Part shown: positions 1-10,140 of the stretch, piece by piece
Layout: every line of letters starts with the position of its first letter
Numbering within the stretch: position 1 is the stretch's first letter
Assembly: GCA_964439135.1 (NCBI GenBank)
Contig: CAYTNN010000001.1
Coordinates: 3,252-67,251, forward strand
Direction: 5' to 3'
Length of the DNA stretch: 64,000 bases
DNA from: an uncultured Pirellulales bacterium
Lineage (GTDB): Bacteria > Planctomycetota > Phycisphaerae > Sedimentisphaerales > Anaerobacaceae
The notes under the pieces: generated by a model
The model's input: the letters and a program-made list of their open reading frames with translations, nothing else
Databases searched by the model: none
Told to the model about the DNA's origin: nothing
Translations under genes and position numbers: made by a program

Positions 1-1064
1 GCGTTTTCATAATCAGCACCCAATGCTCCCTTGATGATTGATTTTCGTAATTCCAGAACTTTTTCTTTTGCTCCCGTGAAATCATCCATCCATTCCGCAT
101 TTTCCTCGCCCGGCCAAAGCAGCGCCTGGGAATTGAACATGTTAGTGCCGTAGTTCTCGTTCAGGTCCCTGACTGCCTTTCCCACGCCGGTCGCAATCTT
201 CCTCGTGATAAGGTAAAACCAGAACCGCCACGAGGCCTTTCTGGCAATCTGCCTGGCTGCGTCAAGTCTGCCGAAGCCAACCTCATTCTTGATATTCGTC
301 AAGGCGATATTTCCAATGTATTGCTCAAATAGCTTGACGTCGCTCTCGTCGAAATAAGCGCCGTCGCACGCATCTTCATACAGATTTAGACAGAAGCCAA
401 TTTGTTTCGCCTGGCTCGACTGCGGCAGGGCATGCCTCAAGGCGTAAATGGATGAAATGATATACCCTTCTCGTGACATTTCTATCTTGTCGCTAAGCGG
501 CTTCTCGGTCATGATTGCCATGACAATATCGTCGAAATCTTTTTCGCTTCCTGCCCCCAGACGCTGAAGCACGTCTTTGTCCCACCCGGAAATCTCTTCC
601 CTGAGATATTTCTTATCCGCGATAATCCGGTCACGCTCCGCCAGCCTCTGGTCATGAGTGTACCTTATATCCGACTCGTACCAAAATACCTTATCCCAAA
701 GTACATTAAGATGCTCAATTACCTGCGACTTCCTGTAGTCTTCCATCAGGTTCAGATCGTTCGCTTCCGCAATAGTCGCTAATTTTTTGGAAATCGTTCT
801 TGGAATATATTTGATTCCGGCGCCGATGCCGAGCATTCCTCCGCCCACGATGAACGGCGCAGCGATTGCCTGCAGTCCTGTAAAACCGGGAAGCCCAAGA
901 TAGCTTGTCAGGTAGCCGGATGAGGTAATGCCGGCGGTCCAAATCGTTGCTTTGGGACTCTTTCGCATCATTACCGTGCCGGCCCTGCTCAGAAGGTCCT
1001 GGGGACTAATCAGTCTCCAGAAATCCTTGAAAGGCTTGGCGCCTGGATTTTTCTGCTTTTTCAT
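1..1064 (-). CDS. hypothetical protein (starts at 1064, 3' end lies beyond the window edge)
   Basis: My own reverse-complement translation from ATG 1064-1062 (MKKQKNPGAKPFKDFWRLISPQDLL...) stays open to base 1. It is absent from the ORF track because no stop lies inside the window. Contains a Gly-rich hydrophobic stretch, LQAIAAPFIVGGGMLGIGAGI. No family recognised. Confidence 0.5.
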   Translation of the reverse strand, partial: MKKQKNPGAKPFKDFWRLISPQDLLSRAGTVMMRKSPKATIWTAGITSSGYLTSYLGLPGFTGLQAIAAPFIVGGGMLGIGAGIKYIPRTISKKLATIAEANDLNLMEDYRKSQVIEHLNVLWDKVFWYESDIRYTHDQRLAERDRIIADKKYLREEISGWDKDVLQRLGAGSEKDFDDIVMAIMTEKPLSDKIEMSREGYIISSIYALRHALPQSSQAKQIGFCLNLYEDACDGAYFDESDVKLFEQYIGNIALTNIKNEVGFGRLDAARQIARKASWRFWFYLITRKIATGVGKAVRDLNENYGTNMFNSQALLWPGEENAEWMDDFTGAKEKVLELRKSIIKGALGADYEN

Positions 1065-1108
1065 GCCTGAGACCTTTTGCGAAACTTAACGATTCAGAAA
1101 AACATATT

Positions 1109-1669
1109 TCAGGAAGAACCTTTGGAGACCCCGCCTGAGACGATAAAGGCCATCGCCTGCGAACTTTCGATGCCCAACGGTTTGACCGCCTCTTTTGGAA
1201 AGAGCACAACGTTGCCGGCGAAGTTGTACGATTGTGGCAGATAGACCGCGACATAATCAGAAAGCCCAAAATTCTCAAGACTCTCTTGTGTAACGAAGCC
1301 GACTACCTTTGCGGCTCCTCCAGGCACAAATGTGGCAATGACGGGCTTGTTGAAACTCTTCTTATCGCCCGCAAACGCCTCAATCATATCCTTCACCGCC
1401 GAATAAAGCAGCTTTATTAATGGGAGCCCCGTAAAAACCTTTTCAATCAGGGCGAATAATCTCCTGCCCAGGAAGTTCGATGCGATAAAACCAATCACGA
1501 TGATCGATGCAACTGTCAGCAGTAGCCCCACGCCGGGTATCTCGATTCTAAATATGGCACGAAAGCCAGCATCCAGGCTGCTAAACGCCCAAAACAGCAA
1601 AAAAACGGTCAGTGCCATAGGAACGAAAATCACCATACCTTTGATGAAATATTCTATAAGTTTCTTCAT
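1109..1669 (-). CDS. DUF502-like small membrane protein
   Basis: 186-aa ORF with two N-terminal hydrophobic helices (GMVIFVPMALTVFLLFWAF, GVGLLLTVASIIVIGFIA) followed by a soluble domain. This layout is typical of DUF502. Family call is from memory. Confidence 0.6.
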   Translation of the reverse strand: MKKLIEYFIKGMVIFVPMALTVFLLFWAFSSLDAGFRAIFRIEIPGVGLLLTVASIIVIGFIASNFLGRRLFALIEKVFTGLPLIKLLYSAVKDMIEAFAGDKKSFNKPVIATFVPGGAAKVVGFVTQESLENFGLSDYVAVYLPQSYNFAGNVVLFPKEAVKPLGIESSQAMAFIVSGGVSKGSS

Positions 1670-1910
1670 TTTATAACTCCAAAAAAAATCGTTTAAGCGA
1701 TAAATCGAAAGTCAAAGCCGGTCATGTTCCCTGCTGGATTTTTACATATATCCGGCGTAAAAATTTATTCTCATCTGAGATTTCCTTTCCGTCAGGCCTC
1801 CATTGCCTTTATCGGAGTTGCCGGACTGATATCAAATATGTATAACTTATACAACATTTTTGAACCGTTTCACAGGACGGTTGTTCTGTCGCGGCGGCGG
1901 GAGAATTCTT

Positions 1911-2909
1911 TTAGTATTTGCTTAGATCGGGATTGAGCAAGTCATGGATTTCCGGCTTCTCGATGTTTTCTTTTGTTACCAGTGTGGATCCCGTATCGAT
2001 TCGCCGGGGCGTTTGCTGGCCCCGGATGTGCCCGACCAAAGTTTTCACACCGAGATAGCCGATCCTCATGGGATTCTGCACGACAAAACCGCTCAGCTCG
2101 CCCGCACGCAGGGCGGCAATCATTTTGTGGGAACTGTCAAAGCCGATGAATTTGACCTTGCCGGCAAAGCCCGCATTCTGCAATGCACGCAGAATCCCCA
2201 GGGCGGTCGGCTCGGTTGCGCAAAAGATGCCGTCGATGCGTAAGTTTCCCTCGGTTGCGCCGAATCGAGAGAGCAGATTTTCCGCCGCCTGTAACGCGCT
2301 TTCCGTAGTTACTCCGGCGTACCGGTTGGAAGTGACAATCTCGATACCCGCAAAGGCCTGCATCGCATCGAGAAAACCGTCCTCACGTCTGGTTGTACTG
2401 TCTGAACCTTCCGCGTATCGCAGCACCGCGACGTTGCCTTTGCCTTCGAGCAGTTTTGCCATGTATTGGCCTGCAAGCTGGCCCGCTTTGAAGTTGTCCG
2501 TTGCTACGTAGCTGATGTAATTGTTCCCCTTCATACCCGAATCGAAGATCACTACAGGTATCCCGCTGCTCATCGCCTCATCGACCGGCCGGTGTAATGC
2601 TGCATCATCGAGCGGCGCCAGCACGATTCCATCAACTCGGCGCGTGATGATATTTTCCACCACGGAGATTTGGGCTTCGCGGTCGTCCTCCTTTAGCGAG
2701 CCCTTCCACAGGATATCAACATCCAGTTCCCGACCGGCCATATCGGCTCCGGCGTGAACCGTTTTCCAGAATTCGTGAATGGTGCCTTTCGGAATGACCG
2801 CAATTGTCAAACGCTGGTTTTCGACAGGGGCCTCTTTCCTGCATCCCGTAAGACAGATACCGATTGTGAAAGCCAGCAATAGAATTGCTTTTGCTCGTAT
2901 CATATTCAA
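1911..2909 (-). CDS. periplasmic sugar-binding lipoprotein (type I periplasmic-binding-protein fold, RbsB/LacI-like)
   Basis: 332 aa. Lipobox LTGC after a hydrophobic signal. Alternating beta-alpha pattern (IAVIPKG, VDGIVLAP, IPVVIFDS, YVATDNF, REDGF) is typical of ribose/monosaccharide-binding proteins. Confidence 0.75.
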   Translation of the reverse strand: MNMIRAKAILLLAFTIGICLTGCRKEAPVENQRLTIAVIPKGTIHEFWKTVHAGADMAGRELDVDILWKGSLKEDDREAQISVVENIITRRVDGIVLAPLDDAALHRPVDEAMSSGIPVVIFDSGMKGNNYISYVATDNFKAGQLAGQYMAKLLEGKGNVAVLRYAEGSDSTTRREDGFLDAMQAFAGIEIVTSNRYAGVTTESALQAAENLLSRFGATEGNLRIDGIFCATEPTALGILRALQNAGFAGKVKFIGFDSSHKMIAALRAGELSGFVVQNPMRIGYLGVKTLVGHIRGQQTPRRIDTGSTLVTKENIEKPEIHDLLNPDLSKY

Positions 2910-4309
2910 TCCCTGTAAGGTTCGATATGAATTCTGGCGTAGCGAAGATTCGGATTGTCATTAGCAATGCCAAAGATGTCTATAATGTCGGATGGTTTTG
3001 ATCCGCCGCGAGGGGTGTTCGTAAAGAAATTGCCGAACGGATGCTTCAGTTCGATATGCTCGAACTTCGGCTTGTTATTGCCTGCCGGTATTCGACCGAG
3101 AAAATTGCCGTATGTGCGTTGTCCATTTACGACGCTCGTGCCGGCTGCGATTACATAAAGCTCTCCGGCGCCGCTGATATGGAAGCGGCTGAACGAGGGC
3201 TCGAAATCTGCCGGTCCACCGGGCTTTTCGGCCAGTGTCCGGCGTGATAAGACTTTGCCGTTTTTGACCACGACATATTCCAGGTAGGCCGTCATCGTCT
3301 CGCCCGGGAAGTACTTATCGCGGATGAATCCGTATTGATGCGGCTGCTTCAGATAGAGCAGGTGGGCGGCGTCTGTCTTGTCGATGTAAAGATCGAGATT
3401 TCGAATATGCCCGCACGTCTTTTCGACGGTATCGATTTCAATCGGGGCACTGAAACCGGTCGAGCGGATATTGTCGGTGTACGTATAAAATAGCCGCCGG
3501 AAGACATAGTCCCAGTTGCTTTTTAGTTTTTCGTATTTGAGTTTCTTCCATTCTTCAACCGGTTCTACGATATCGCCGATAGCCATCACGTGGGCCGAGC
3601 CGTCCAGCAGGGCGACCTGTGGATAGCAGGATCTGACGGGAAATGTGATAGTTCCTTTTTCATGCCATTGGCCGTTGCTGTCGCGGTATGAAACGAATTG
3701 CTCGCTGGTCCTGGCGTTAATGTTCAGGAGCAAAAGCTCGCCGTTAGCTCCATCGGCGGCAAAGCCTCTGTAGGAATGGTCGGTGAAATAAGTCACGTCT
3801 GCCCACGCCGGCGTATGTGTTTTCGCGGCTGCTGCGGGATTGGCCGGGTCAAATTCAAGCACGAGCGGCTTGCAAGGCCCGTATTTCGTCCCGGCAGGCT
3901 CTGTGGAAGGATTGACCGACAGAAAAACATGTCCTCCCTGAAACACCGCCAGGGGGCAGGGCTCTCGTTGCCGATATTCCTTTTCGCTTTGTGCAAGCTT
4001 CCAGCCGTCAGACGAACGATGCCACAACTGCCAGCGCGTATTGCAGAGCAGCGGAACATCCTCGCCGGTCTCGATAACCGAAAGAAAAACGTCGCCGCCT
4101 TGCCGTGCGATAACCGTCGAGCCATAGCACCACAAGGGCCCCGCCCCATTATTCGCCGGCGTATACCTGGTGATAACCTCCTCGACCTCAACCGCACAAA
4201 GAACGTTTTGCTCTTTGCCGGCTGCATCCGCAGCGAATATTGTAAAAAAACAATAAAGGCAGCAAACAATCACCCATGGACAACTCCGAATTCTTAACCG
4301 GTATTTCAT
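2906..4309 (-). CDS. secreted hypothetical protein
   Basis: 467-aa ORF with an N-terminal signal-like segment (VIVCCLYCFFTIFAADA). Its 4-bp overlap with the downstream sugar-binding gene suggests an operon. No motif recognised. Confidence 0.55.
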   Translation of the reverse strand: MKYRLRIRSCPWVIVCCLYCFFTIFAADAAGKEQNVLCAVEVEEVITRYTPANNGAGPLWCYGSTVIARQGGDVFLSVIETGEDVPLLCNTRWQLWHRSSDGWKLAQSEKEYRQREPCPLAVFQGGHVFLSVNPSTEPAGTKYGPCKPLVLEFDPANPAAAAKTHTPAWADVTYFTDHSYRGFAADGANGELLLLNINARTSEQFVSYRDSNGQWHEKGTITFPVRSCYPQVALLDGSAHVMAIGDIVEPVEEWKKLKYEKLKSNWDYVFRRLFYTYTDNIRSTGFSAPIEIDTVEKTCGHIRNLDLYIDKTDAAHLLYLKQPHQYGFIRDKYFPGETMTAYLEYVVVKNGKVLSRRTLAEKPGGPADFEPSFSRFHISGAGELYVIAAGTSVVNGQRTYGNFLGRIPAGNNKPKFEHIELKHPFGNFFTNTPRGGSKPSDIIDIFGIANDNPNLRYARIHIEPYRD

Positions 4310-4343
4310 AAGTTCCTCACTAAAAATTTTTCATAAACAATGC

Positions 4344-6197
4344 TCAATCAATGCGTTGGATCCAGAAGCGGCTTCTGGCGGGGATGGTCAGGTCCAATGC
4401 GATATGGTTCTTGGATTCAGTTGTGCGGACGGGTATGGGTGTTTTGGAAAACGCATCAACGAATTCGTTGGATTTATCCTTTTCAATATTGATGGTGACA
4501 TTGACCATCTTGTCGTTGAAGTTCTGGATAACACAACTGCCGGAGCCGACTGAGGCGAACGGGTGATACGTAACACAACTCGGGCCTTCGAAAGCTGTGC
4601 CGCCGAATGCCTCGCGAAGAGCTGAGAGTGCCGGGCCATTCATTTCAAGCAAGCCCAGCGGCCGGGGACAAAGCAGGACCTCACCGACGGCATCGAAGTC
4701 GGCCTGGCTGTAAGTGTGCGTGTTTAGCAGGGCGATTCGGCCTTGAGGCGTTTCACTGACTGTAAGAAGAGCGAGCTGTTTATCGCCGGAGGTGCATACG
4801 ATATTTCCCGGCACGGCTTTGCCTTCTATCGGCGATTCCAGGTCGATGGTGACATTTGCTTTGCCGGACTGCTGAGTTAGTTGGGCACTGGTCGGTTTTG
4901 ATTGTATATCCGGGCCGACTCCAGCCATGCGGGCGAGTTCCTCGCCGTGCGGGGATGCAATGAGCAGATTTGTTGTAAAGATAATGTCAGCGCCTCTTGT
5001 GCGGGCCTTGTTAATATGGTCCAGCAGGTCAGGATCGGCGGCGGCCTGGGCGGGCAGAAAGATGACAGGGGCGTTTGTGGGAAACTTATGCACCGGTACT
5101 ATGGGAATGCCGAACATGCCGAGGAAGTCCATGATATACATATCGCCGGCTGGGTCGCTGTTCGGCGGCTTATAGGCGGGGATGCCGGTGACGGGATGCT
5201 CGCGGACAAAGGCGGCCAGGTCTGCGAGCTGGTCGTATTGGGCGATGACTTTATCATGGTCGGGGTGGCCTGCCATGACATTGCTAAAGTTGAAAAAGAC
5301 CAACTCCGCCGCGCCGGCCAGAACGCTCGTGTAGGCCTGGTCGATGAAGTCGTGCTCTGCGCAGTCGCCGTGGTCGAACCATGCTCCGCCGATTTTCTCG
5401 CCGGCGATGCCCGCGAGCCAGCGATAGTTTACGAATCCCTCGTAAGGCTGAACGAATCCGAACCGCTGAGTATTTCGCCCGCGTGTTTCCGTGCCGACCC
5501 AGACCTTATCGAATAGCTCCGGCAGCGTTTGCGTGTCGTAGCCGAACAGATGAAATCGGTCGTACCACTGGGGGTATTTGACAATCATGGTAATATCGGG
5601 ATTGACTTCTTTCGCCGGCCCGATGAAAACGGATTGTGCCAGTTCGGTCAGCAACTCCCGGCGGTATTGGCCCCAGGAACGGTCGCCTTTGGCTGCTTTC
5701 GATTCGTCGCTAATATCGCCCGTGCAGAGAAAATCATCCACGATGAATGAATCGAAAATGCCCGCGGCCATGCGGATGACTTTTTCGAGGTCACGCTGTG
5801 TCTTTTCGTTCTGCCAGTTGAACCAGCCGAGCGGTCCTTTCTGCCGGACGCCGAAATCTCCGCCGGGAACGGTCGCTATGCCGCCGACGATCTTGATTTC
5901 ATATCTTTGAAGCCAGTCGCGGGTAAAGATTAAGTGCTCGGGCGAGACCACGTGGCCGCTACGATAGACTTCAATATAGAGCTTTGTGATGCCCATTCGC
6001 CGGATGGTCTGCATGGCCTTAGTGCGAACGGCCGGATCGGTCGCGAGCTGCTCGACTTCCCGTGAGGTGACATAGGACGCCAGACGCAAATCGTTTACGC
6101 GTGCGATGGCCTTATCCTGCTGCGTCTGGGCGGTGGAATGCCCGGGCCAGAGGATTGTGGTTAGTGCTATTGTACCAATCAATACGATGTGTTTCAT
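4344..6197 (-). CDS. secreted hypothetical protein (possibly glycoside-hydrolase-like)
   Basis: 617-aa ORF with a signal peptide (MKHIVLIGTIALTTILWPGHSTAQ). Same strand and close spacing to its neighbours. The GH-like idea is only an impression from alternating beta/alpha segments. Confidence 0.5.
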   Translation of the reverse strand: MKHIVLIGTIALTTILWPGHSTAQTQQDKAIARVNDLRLASYVTSREVEQLATDPAVRTKAMQTIRRMGITKLYIEVYRSGHVVSPEHLIFTRDWLQRYEIKIVGGIATVPGGDFGVRQKGPLGWFNWQNEKTQRDLEKVIRMAAGIFDSFIVDDFLCTGDISDESKAAKGDRSWGQYRRELLTELAQSVFIGPAKEVNPDITMIVKYPQWYDRFHLFGYDTQTLPELFDKVWVGTETRGRNTQRFGFVQPYEGFVNYRWLAGIAGEKIGGAWFDHGDCAEHDFIDQAYTSVLAGAAELVFFNFSNVMAGHPDHDKVIAQYDQLADLAAFVREHPVTGIPAYKPPNSDPAGDMYIMDFLGMFGIPIVPVHKFPTNAPVIFLPAQAAADPDLLDHINKARTRGADIIFTTNLLIASPHGEELARMAGVGPDIQSKPTSAQLTQQSGKANVTIDLESPIEGKAVPGNIVCTSGDKQLALLTVSETPQGRIALLNTHTYSQADFDAVGEVLLCPRPLGLLEMNGPALSALREAFGGTAFEGPSCVTYHPFASVGSGSCVIQNFNDKMVNVTINIEKDKSNEFVDAFSKTPIPVRTTESKNHIALDLTIPARSRFWIQRID

Positions 6198-6201
6198 AGT
6201 T

Positions 6202-7284
6202 TCACTTGCCGGGAGGGCTTTTGGTCAGCATGTCTGTTTTTCCCGCTATCAAATCGGCTATAGCGCGTGTGTAGCCGAATCTCTGGAGAAGTATCTTTAC
6301 GACGCCCGTAATCGGCACCGCCAGGAACATCCCGATGATCCCCCAGATCATCCCGAAGAAAATCAAAGACAACAGTACAACAATCGGATGCAGATCGAGA
6401 GACTCGCCCATCATCTTTGGCTGGAGAAGATTTCCGATGACAAACTGGATGCCGCCTGGAATTACAAGGACGAGTATCTTCGAGATCATGCCGAGCTGCG
6501 GGTCAATCAGAGCCACGGGCAGGGGCAGTAACGTCGCGATGACCGAGCCGATGCTGGGAATGAAATTCAACATAAACGCCAAAAAGCCGAACATCCAGTA
6601 GAACTTGACTTGCAGCAACCACAGCGCTAGCCCCACGAGAACGCCTGTAACCCCGGAAGCAAGCATCATCGTAAGCACGTATCGTTTAATGCGCGACTCG
6701 ACCTCCCACCATAAACTGCCGGGCGAAGCTTTGTATGTCCCCTTTCCGGCGATCATGAATATCATGAAGATTACAACAAGCAGGCCGTTGGATATCACGC
6801 CCATGATACTGCTGGCCGTATCGGTGAGCACTTTTCTAATCGTATTGGTAGGAACGCGAATCAGCGGCTCGGAGGGATCTGCGGAAAGACCGTTGGGATC
6901 GATGACCGACTCATTAGGGTCCGTATACCACTCGGGTGGAAGCAGACCCCGGGTTTTAACGAGCACTTGCTGGATCTGTTTTTCATAGTCGTCTTTGTTT
7001 TTTACAATCTGATTTGCCGCTACCGTAACAAGCAAGGCGCCGAGGATAAGAAGCGCACAACCGACGGCGACTGTTGTTAGAATCGCTGTTAGGCGTGGAA
7101 TACGAAGCAGCTTCATTTGAACGTCGATAGCGGGAATCAGGCAGAGCGTCAGAAAAATGGCCAGAACAAACGGAATCAGCACAGAGGCAAAAAAATACAA
7201 TGCCGCGGTGATGCCCAGAGCCGTCAGAATCAACAGGCATATCGTTTGGACGCGTTGTTCGTAATTTTCACGGTCTTTTGCCAT
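6202..7284 (-). CDS. AI-2E (PerM/UPF0118) family transporter
   Basis: Multi-pass membrane protein. The C-terminal LAVPITGVVKILL block is typical of AI-2E family proteins. The ORF track starts at a TTG (7314); the ATG at 7284 (MAKDRENYEQ) is chosen here, so the start is uncertain. Confidence 0.65.
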   Translation of the reverse strand: MAKDRENYEQRVQTICLLILTALGITAALYFFASVLIPFVLAIFLTLCLIPAIDVQMKLLRIPRLTAILTTVAVGCALLILGALLVTVAANQIVKNKDDYEKQIQQVLVKTRGLLPPEWYTDPNESVIDPNGLSADPSEPLIRVPTNTIRKVLTDTASSIMGVISNGLLVVIFMIFMIAGKGTYKASPGSLWWEVESRIKRYVLTMMLASGVTGVLVGLALWLLQVKFYWMFGFLAFMLNFIPSIGSVIATLLPLPVALIDPQLGMISKILVLVIPGGIQFVIGNLLQPKMMGESLDLHPIVVLLSLIFFGMIWGIIGMFLAVPITGVVKILLQRFGYTRAIADLIAGKTDMLTKSPPGK

Positions 7285-7487
7285 CGAGAAATAATGATAG
7301 CCCCTGAGGCTCAAGGTTTCAAGTCAAAACCGAACGCTTGGAATGTCTGTTCATAGGGTCGAGATGAACATTTTAGCTCTTCGTAATGGGCTTTTCCCCG
7401 TTTTTTGGTGACAAATCGGCAGAATTCTGGTACTATAATATACGGAGTTTGTACTATTGAAAACCATGTTCGTTTGGATAATATGTG

Positions 7488-8648
7488 ATGAAGAGATTGT
7501 CGTATCTTGTAGGAACAGGCCTGGTGTTGTTGTTCTGTTTGACGCGTCCCGTTTTTGCCGCTGATGACTTTGGAGCCAATACCACCGGCGGAGAGGGTGG
7601 GACCACCGCTGTCGTCGACAACGCCAAAGACTTCAAAGAGCTTGTAGAGATGGCGAATGTGCCTTATGTAGTGCGGGTTTCGGGTGCGATCGACCTCGGT
7701 TCGGTAGGTGGAAGGGTCAACATCCGCTCGAACAAAACCATTCAGGGAATGGACCCTAACTCCACGATTACAGGCCAGCTCAGTTTCAAAAAGGGCTCTT
7801 CCAACATAATCATCGAACGGCTGAACATCACCAATCCCGGCCTCTACGGCGAAGGTGACGGCATCAGCTTAAAGGAGGACATTAGTGACGTAATTATTAC
7901 CAAGTGCACTTTTTACGACTGCGAGGACGGCTGTCTGGATATAACCAGGAGGTCCGACCGGATTACCGTATCCTGGTGCAAGTTCTATTTCACTGCTTTG
8001 AACAGCAAACAATCGCGAGTAAGCCTCGTCGGCAGCAGCGACAGCGCCACTGACGACCTCGGCAAGCTCCACATCACCTTCCATCATAACTGGTTCGGCC
8101 CGCTTTGCTGGCAGCGGATACCTTCGGTGCGTTACGGCCGGGTGCACATCTACAATAACTATTACAATTGCCCGGGCAATCTTTACTGCGTTCGCTCGCG
8201 TATTCAGGCCGAGTGCCTTATCGAGAACAATTACTTCGATAGCGTCAAAGACCCGTACTACATTTATGTCCATGACGCCGGCGAGATAATAGGTAAGATA
8301 AGAGCATCCGGCAACATCTTTAATAACTGCACCGGGCGAGTCGATGACGGCGATGACGATGTCTTTGTGCCGCCGTATTCCTATAAGCTGGATAACGTGC
8401 TGGATGTTCCTACAATTGTGCGATTAGGTGCGGGTGCTGACGGCGTTGACTTATTTCCTCACTGGCTCTTCGGTCTTTACGGCGATTTTGACCGTAACGG
8501 CTCAGTGGATGCCGGCGACCTTCCGCAGTTTGTCGATTATTGGCTCAGAGACGATATTGCCGACGCCGACTACAATCAGGATAGTATAGTCAACGGCTTC
8601 GAATTCGCAATTTTTGCCGGCAATTGGCTGCAAACCATAGCTAAGTAG
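7488..8648 (+). CDS. pectate lyase (PL1-like) with C-terminal dockerin-like repeats
   Basis: Signal peptide present. HITFHHNWF...RIPSVRYGRVHIYNNYY matches the PL1 catalytic Arg block (RxPxxRxGxxHxxNN). The C-terminal DFDRNGSVDAGDL and DYNQDSIVNGFEF look like Ca-binding dockerin repeats. ATG at 7488 follows the GTG at 7485. Confidence 0.75.
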   Translation: MKRLSYLVGTGLVLLFCLTRPVFAADDFGANTTGGEGGTTAVVDNAKDFKELVEMANVPYVVRVSGAIDLGSVGGRVNIRSNKTIQGMDPNSTITGQLSFKKGSSNIIIERLNITNPGLYGEGDGISLKEDISDVIITKCTFYDCEDGCLDITRRSDRITVSWCKFYFTALNSKQSRVSLVGSSDSATDDLGKLHITFHHNWFGPLCWQRIPSVRYGRVHIYNNYYNCPGNLYCVRSRIQAECLIENNYFDSVKDPYYIYVHDAGEIIGKIRASGNIFNNCTGRVDDGDDDVFVPPYSYKLDNVLDVPTIVRLGAGADGVDLFPHWLFGLYGDFDRNGSVDAGDLPQFVDYWLRDDIADADYNQDSIVNGFEFAIFAGNWLQTIAK

Positions 8649-8817
8649 CGGTGTAATTCATCCGGCAGCATGTTGCCAATGCAGGAAATTCCAGATTCTA
8701 TACGGACAAACGAAAAGCCGCTGCGTTCCACGAAGCTGAAATCGAAAAGCAGGGACTCTGCAAAACTGGAAATGTTCGATTCCCAGCTCTTTTCAAACGT
8801 AAATTTCGATAATACTC

Positions 8818-9378
8818 TTATAGTGCTCTGCGTCTTCGCAGCCAGCCGACAAGACCTACGCCGATGCTACCTAATAGAATAGCACCCGGAGCGGGAATAG
8901 CCTCAAACTCGATTCGACCGATACCGATGTAGCCAGTTCCATCATGAAAAGTAATCTTTTTGGTAAGGCCGGTAAAGACGCTCCACTGGCCATAGCCCGA
9001 ACTACTAAATCCAGCAATGGGATTGCCGCCAAGATCGTACGCAGTTCCGTAAATAGTGTTTTCAGAGATGGTCACGTAATCAACAGTAAACGAGGTGACC
9101 GGTTGAATGAAGACCACAGTCATTGCGTTGTCCTGCCCGCCTGTTGTTGTAATGCCTCGGTCATCAATTCCGGCGCCAACGAATCGAGAGTCAATTCCCC
9201 AGAAAGTCGTATCCTCAAAAGCAAGACCATATGCGTCAAAGTGCGTAGTTCCGTCAAGCAGCGTAGGTGAGGGAAGATCGACCTCGCTGAACTCAACGAT
9301 TATTCCTGCTTTGGATACCGGTGCTCCAAGAGTAATTATCAAAGCCACTATGACACAAATTGTACTGAATCTCGTCAT
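8818..9378 (-). CDS. PEP-CTERM sorting-domain protein
   Basis: N-terminal signal peptide. The C-terminus IPAPGAILLGSIGVGLVGWLRRRRAL combines a PEP-like motif, a TM helix and an Arg cluster. Confidence 0.75.
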   Translation of the reverse strand: MTRFSTICVIVALIITLGAPVSKAGIIVEFSEVDLPSPTLLDGTTHFDAYGLAFEDTTFWGIDSRFVGAGIDDRGITTTGGQDNAMTVVFIQPVTSFTVDYVTISENTIYGTAYDLGGNPIAGFSSSGYGQWSVFTGLTKKITFHDGTGYIGIGRIEFEAIPAPGAILLGSIGVGLVGWLRRRRAL

Positions 9379-9833
9379 AGTACTCCTCCTCTGTATATAG
9401 TTACCCTAACATTTTCCAACATGAAGGGCCTTGCGCATAGACCCTTCGTGTTGCACGTTCATGTAAGGTTATCAATAGGCAAAGTTGGGTAGACTACAAG
9501 CGCTGTTACAATCTTGGTGATAAGCAACCGGCAAACCCGGCTCAGTGAGCCGATTTCTCCGTCGCCTGACACCTCTCATCCGTTCTTTTGCCGCATTACC
9601 TTACTCCATCTTTGTTCCAAACCTGATAACGCATCAGGCTTTTGCCCAGGAACCGTGGATACGTAATACGGAATAAAGCCACAGGGAATACACACCCTCC
9701 TGACTCTATAAACTAAATGTTAACATAGGTTTTATGGCCTTGTCAAGAAGTAATTGCCAAAATTCTACATATTTCTTATATTTCCATGCTCACATAGGAG
9801 TTTCTCTGGTTCTCAGGTCCTCTTTGATTTGGG

Positions 9834-10112
9834 TCAGCTCAATATGGGTTGGGTAGCTGATATCCAATAATCTTGGCGGGGCTGGATGAGGTAAGTGGGG
9901 TTGGATCGGCGACTGCAGCTCTCTCGCCCGAACAGAAGCGTGAAATCACGCCGCTCGACCGCTTCTCTTGTAAGATGCCGCAGCAATTCCGGATGCAAAG
10001 TCTCGGCGTCGTCACATCCGTTATCCGCCGGATCCCAGATGCACTCTGCAATCAAATAATCCAACGACAGCCGATCCGCATCCAAACAAATATCCTCCGT
10101 CTTCTGTGACAT
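9834..10112 (-). CDS. hypothetical protein
   Basis: 92-aa ORF lying 28 bp downstream of the lipoprotein gene on the same strand. No motif recognised. Confidence 0.35.
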   Translation of the reverse strand: MSQKTEDICLDADRLSLDYLIAECIWDPADNGCDDAETLHPELLRHLTREAVERRDFTLLFGRESCSRRSNPTYLIQPRQDYWISATQPILS

Positions 10113-10140
10113 GAGACTGCTCCTGTTATCAATTAATTAC

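Noticed and set aside
1724-1936. 70-aa plus-strand ORF between the DUF502 gene and the sugar-binding gene
   Set aside because: It sits in a short intergenic region between two minus-strand genes, has no RBS or motif, and has low-complexity composition.
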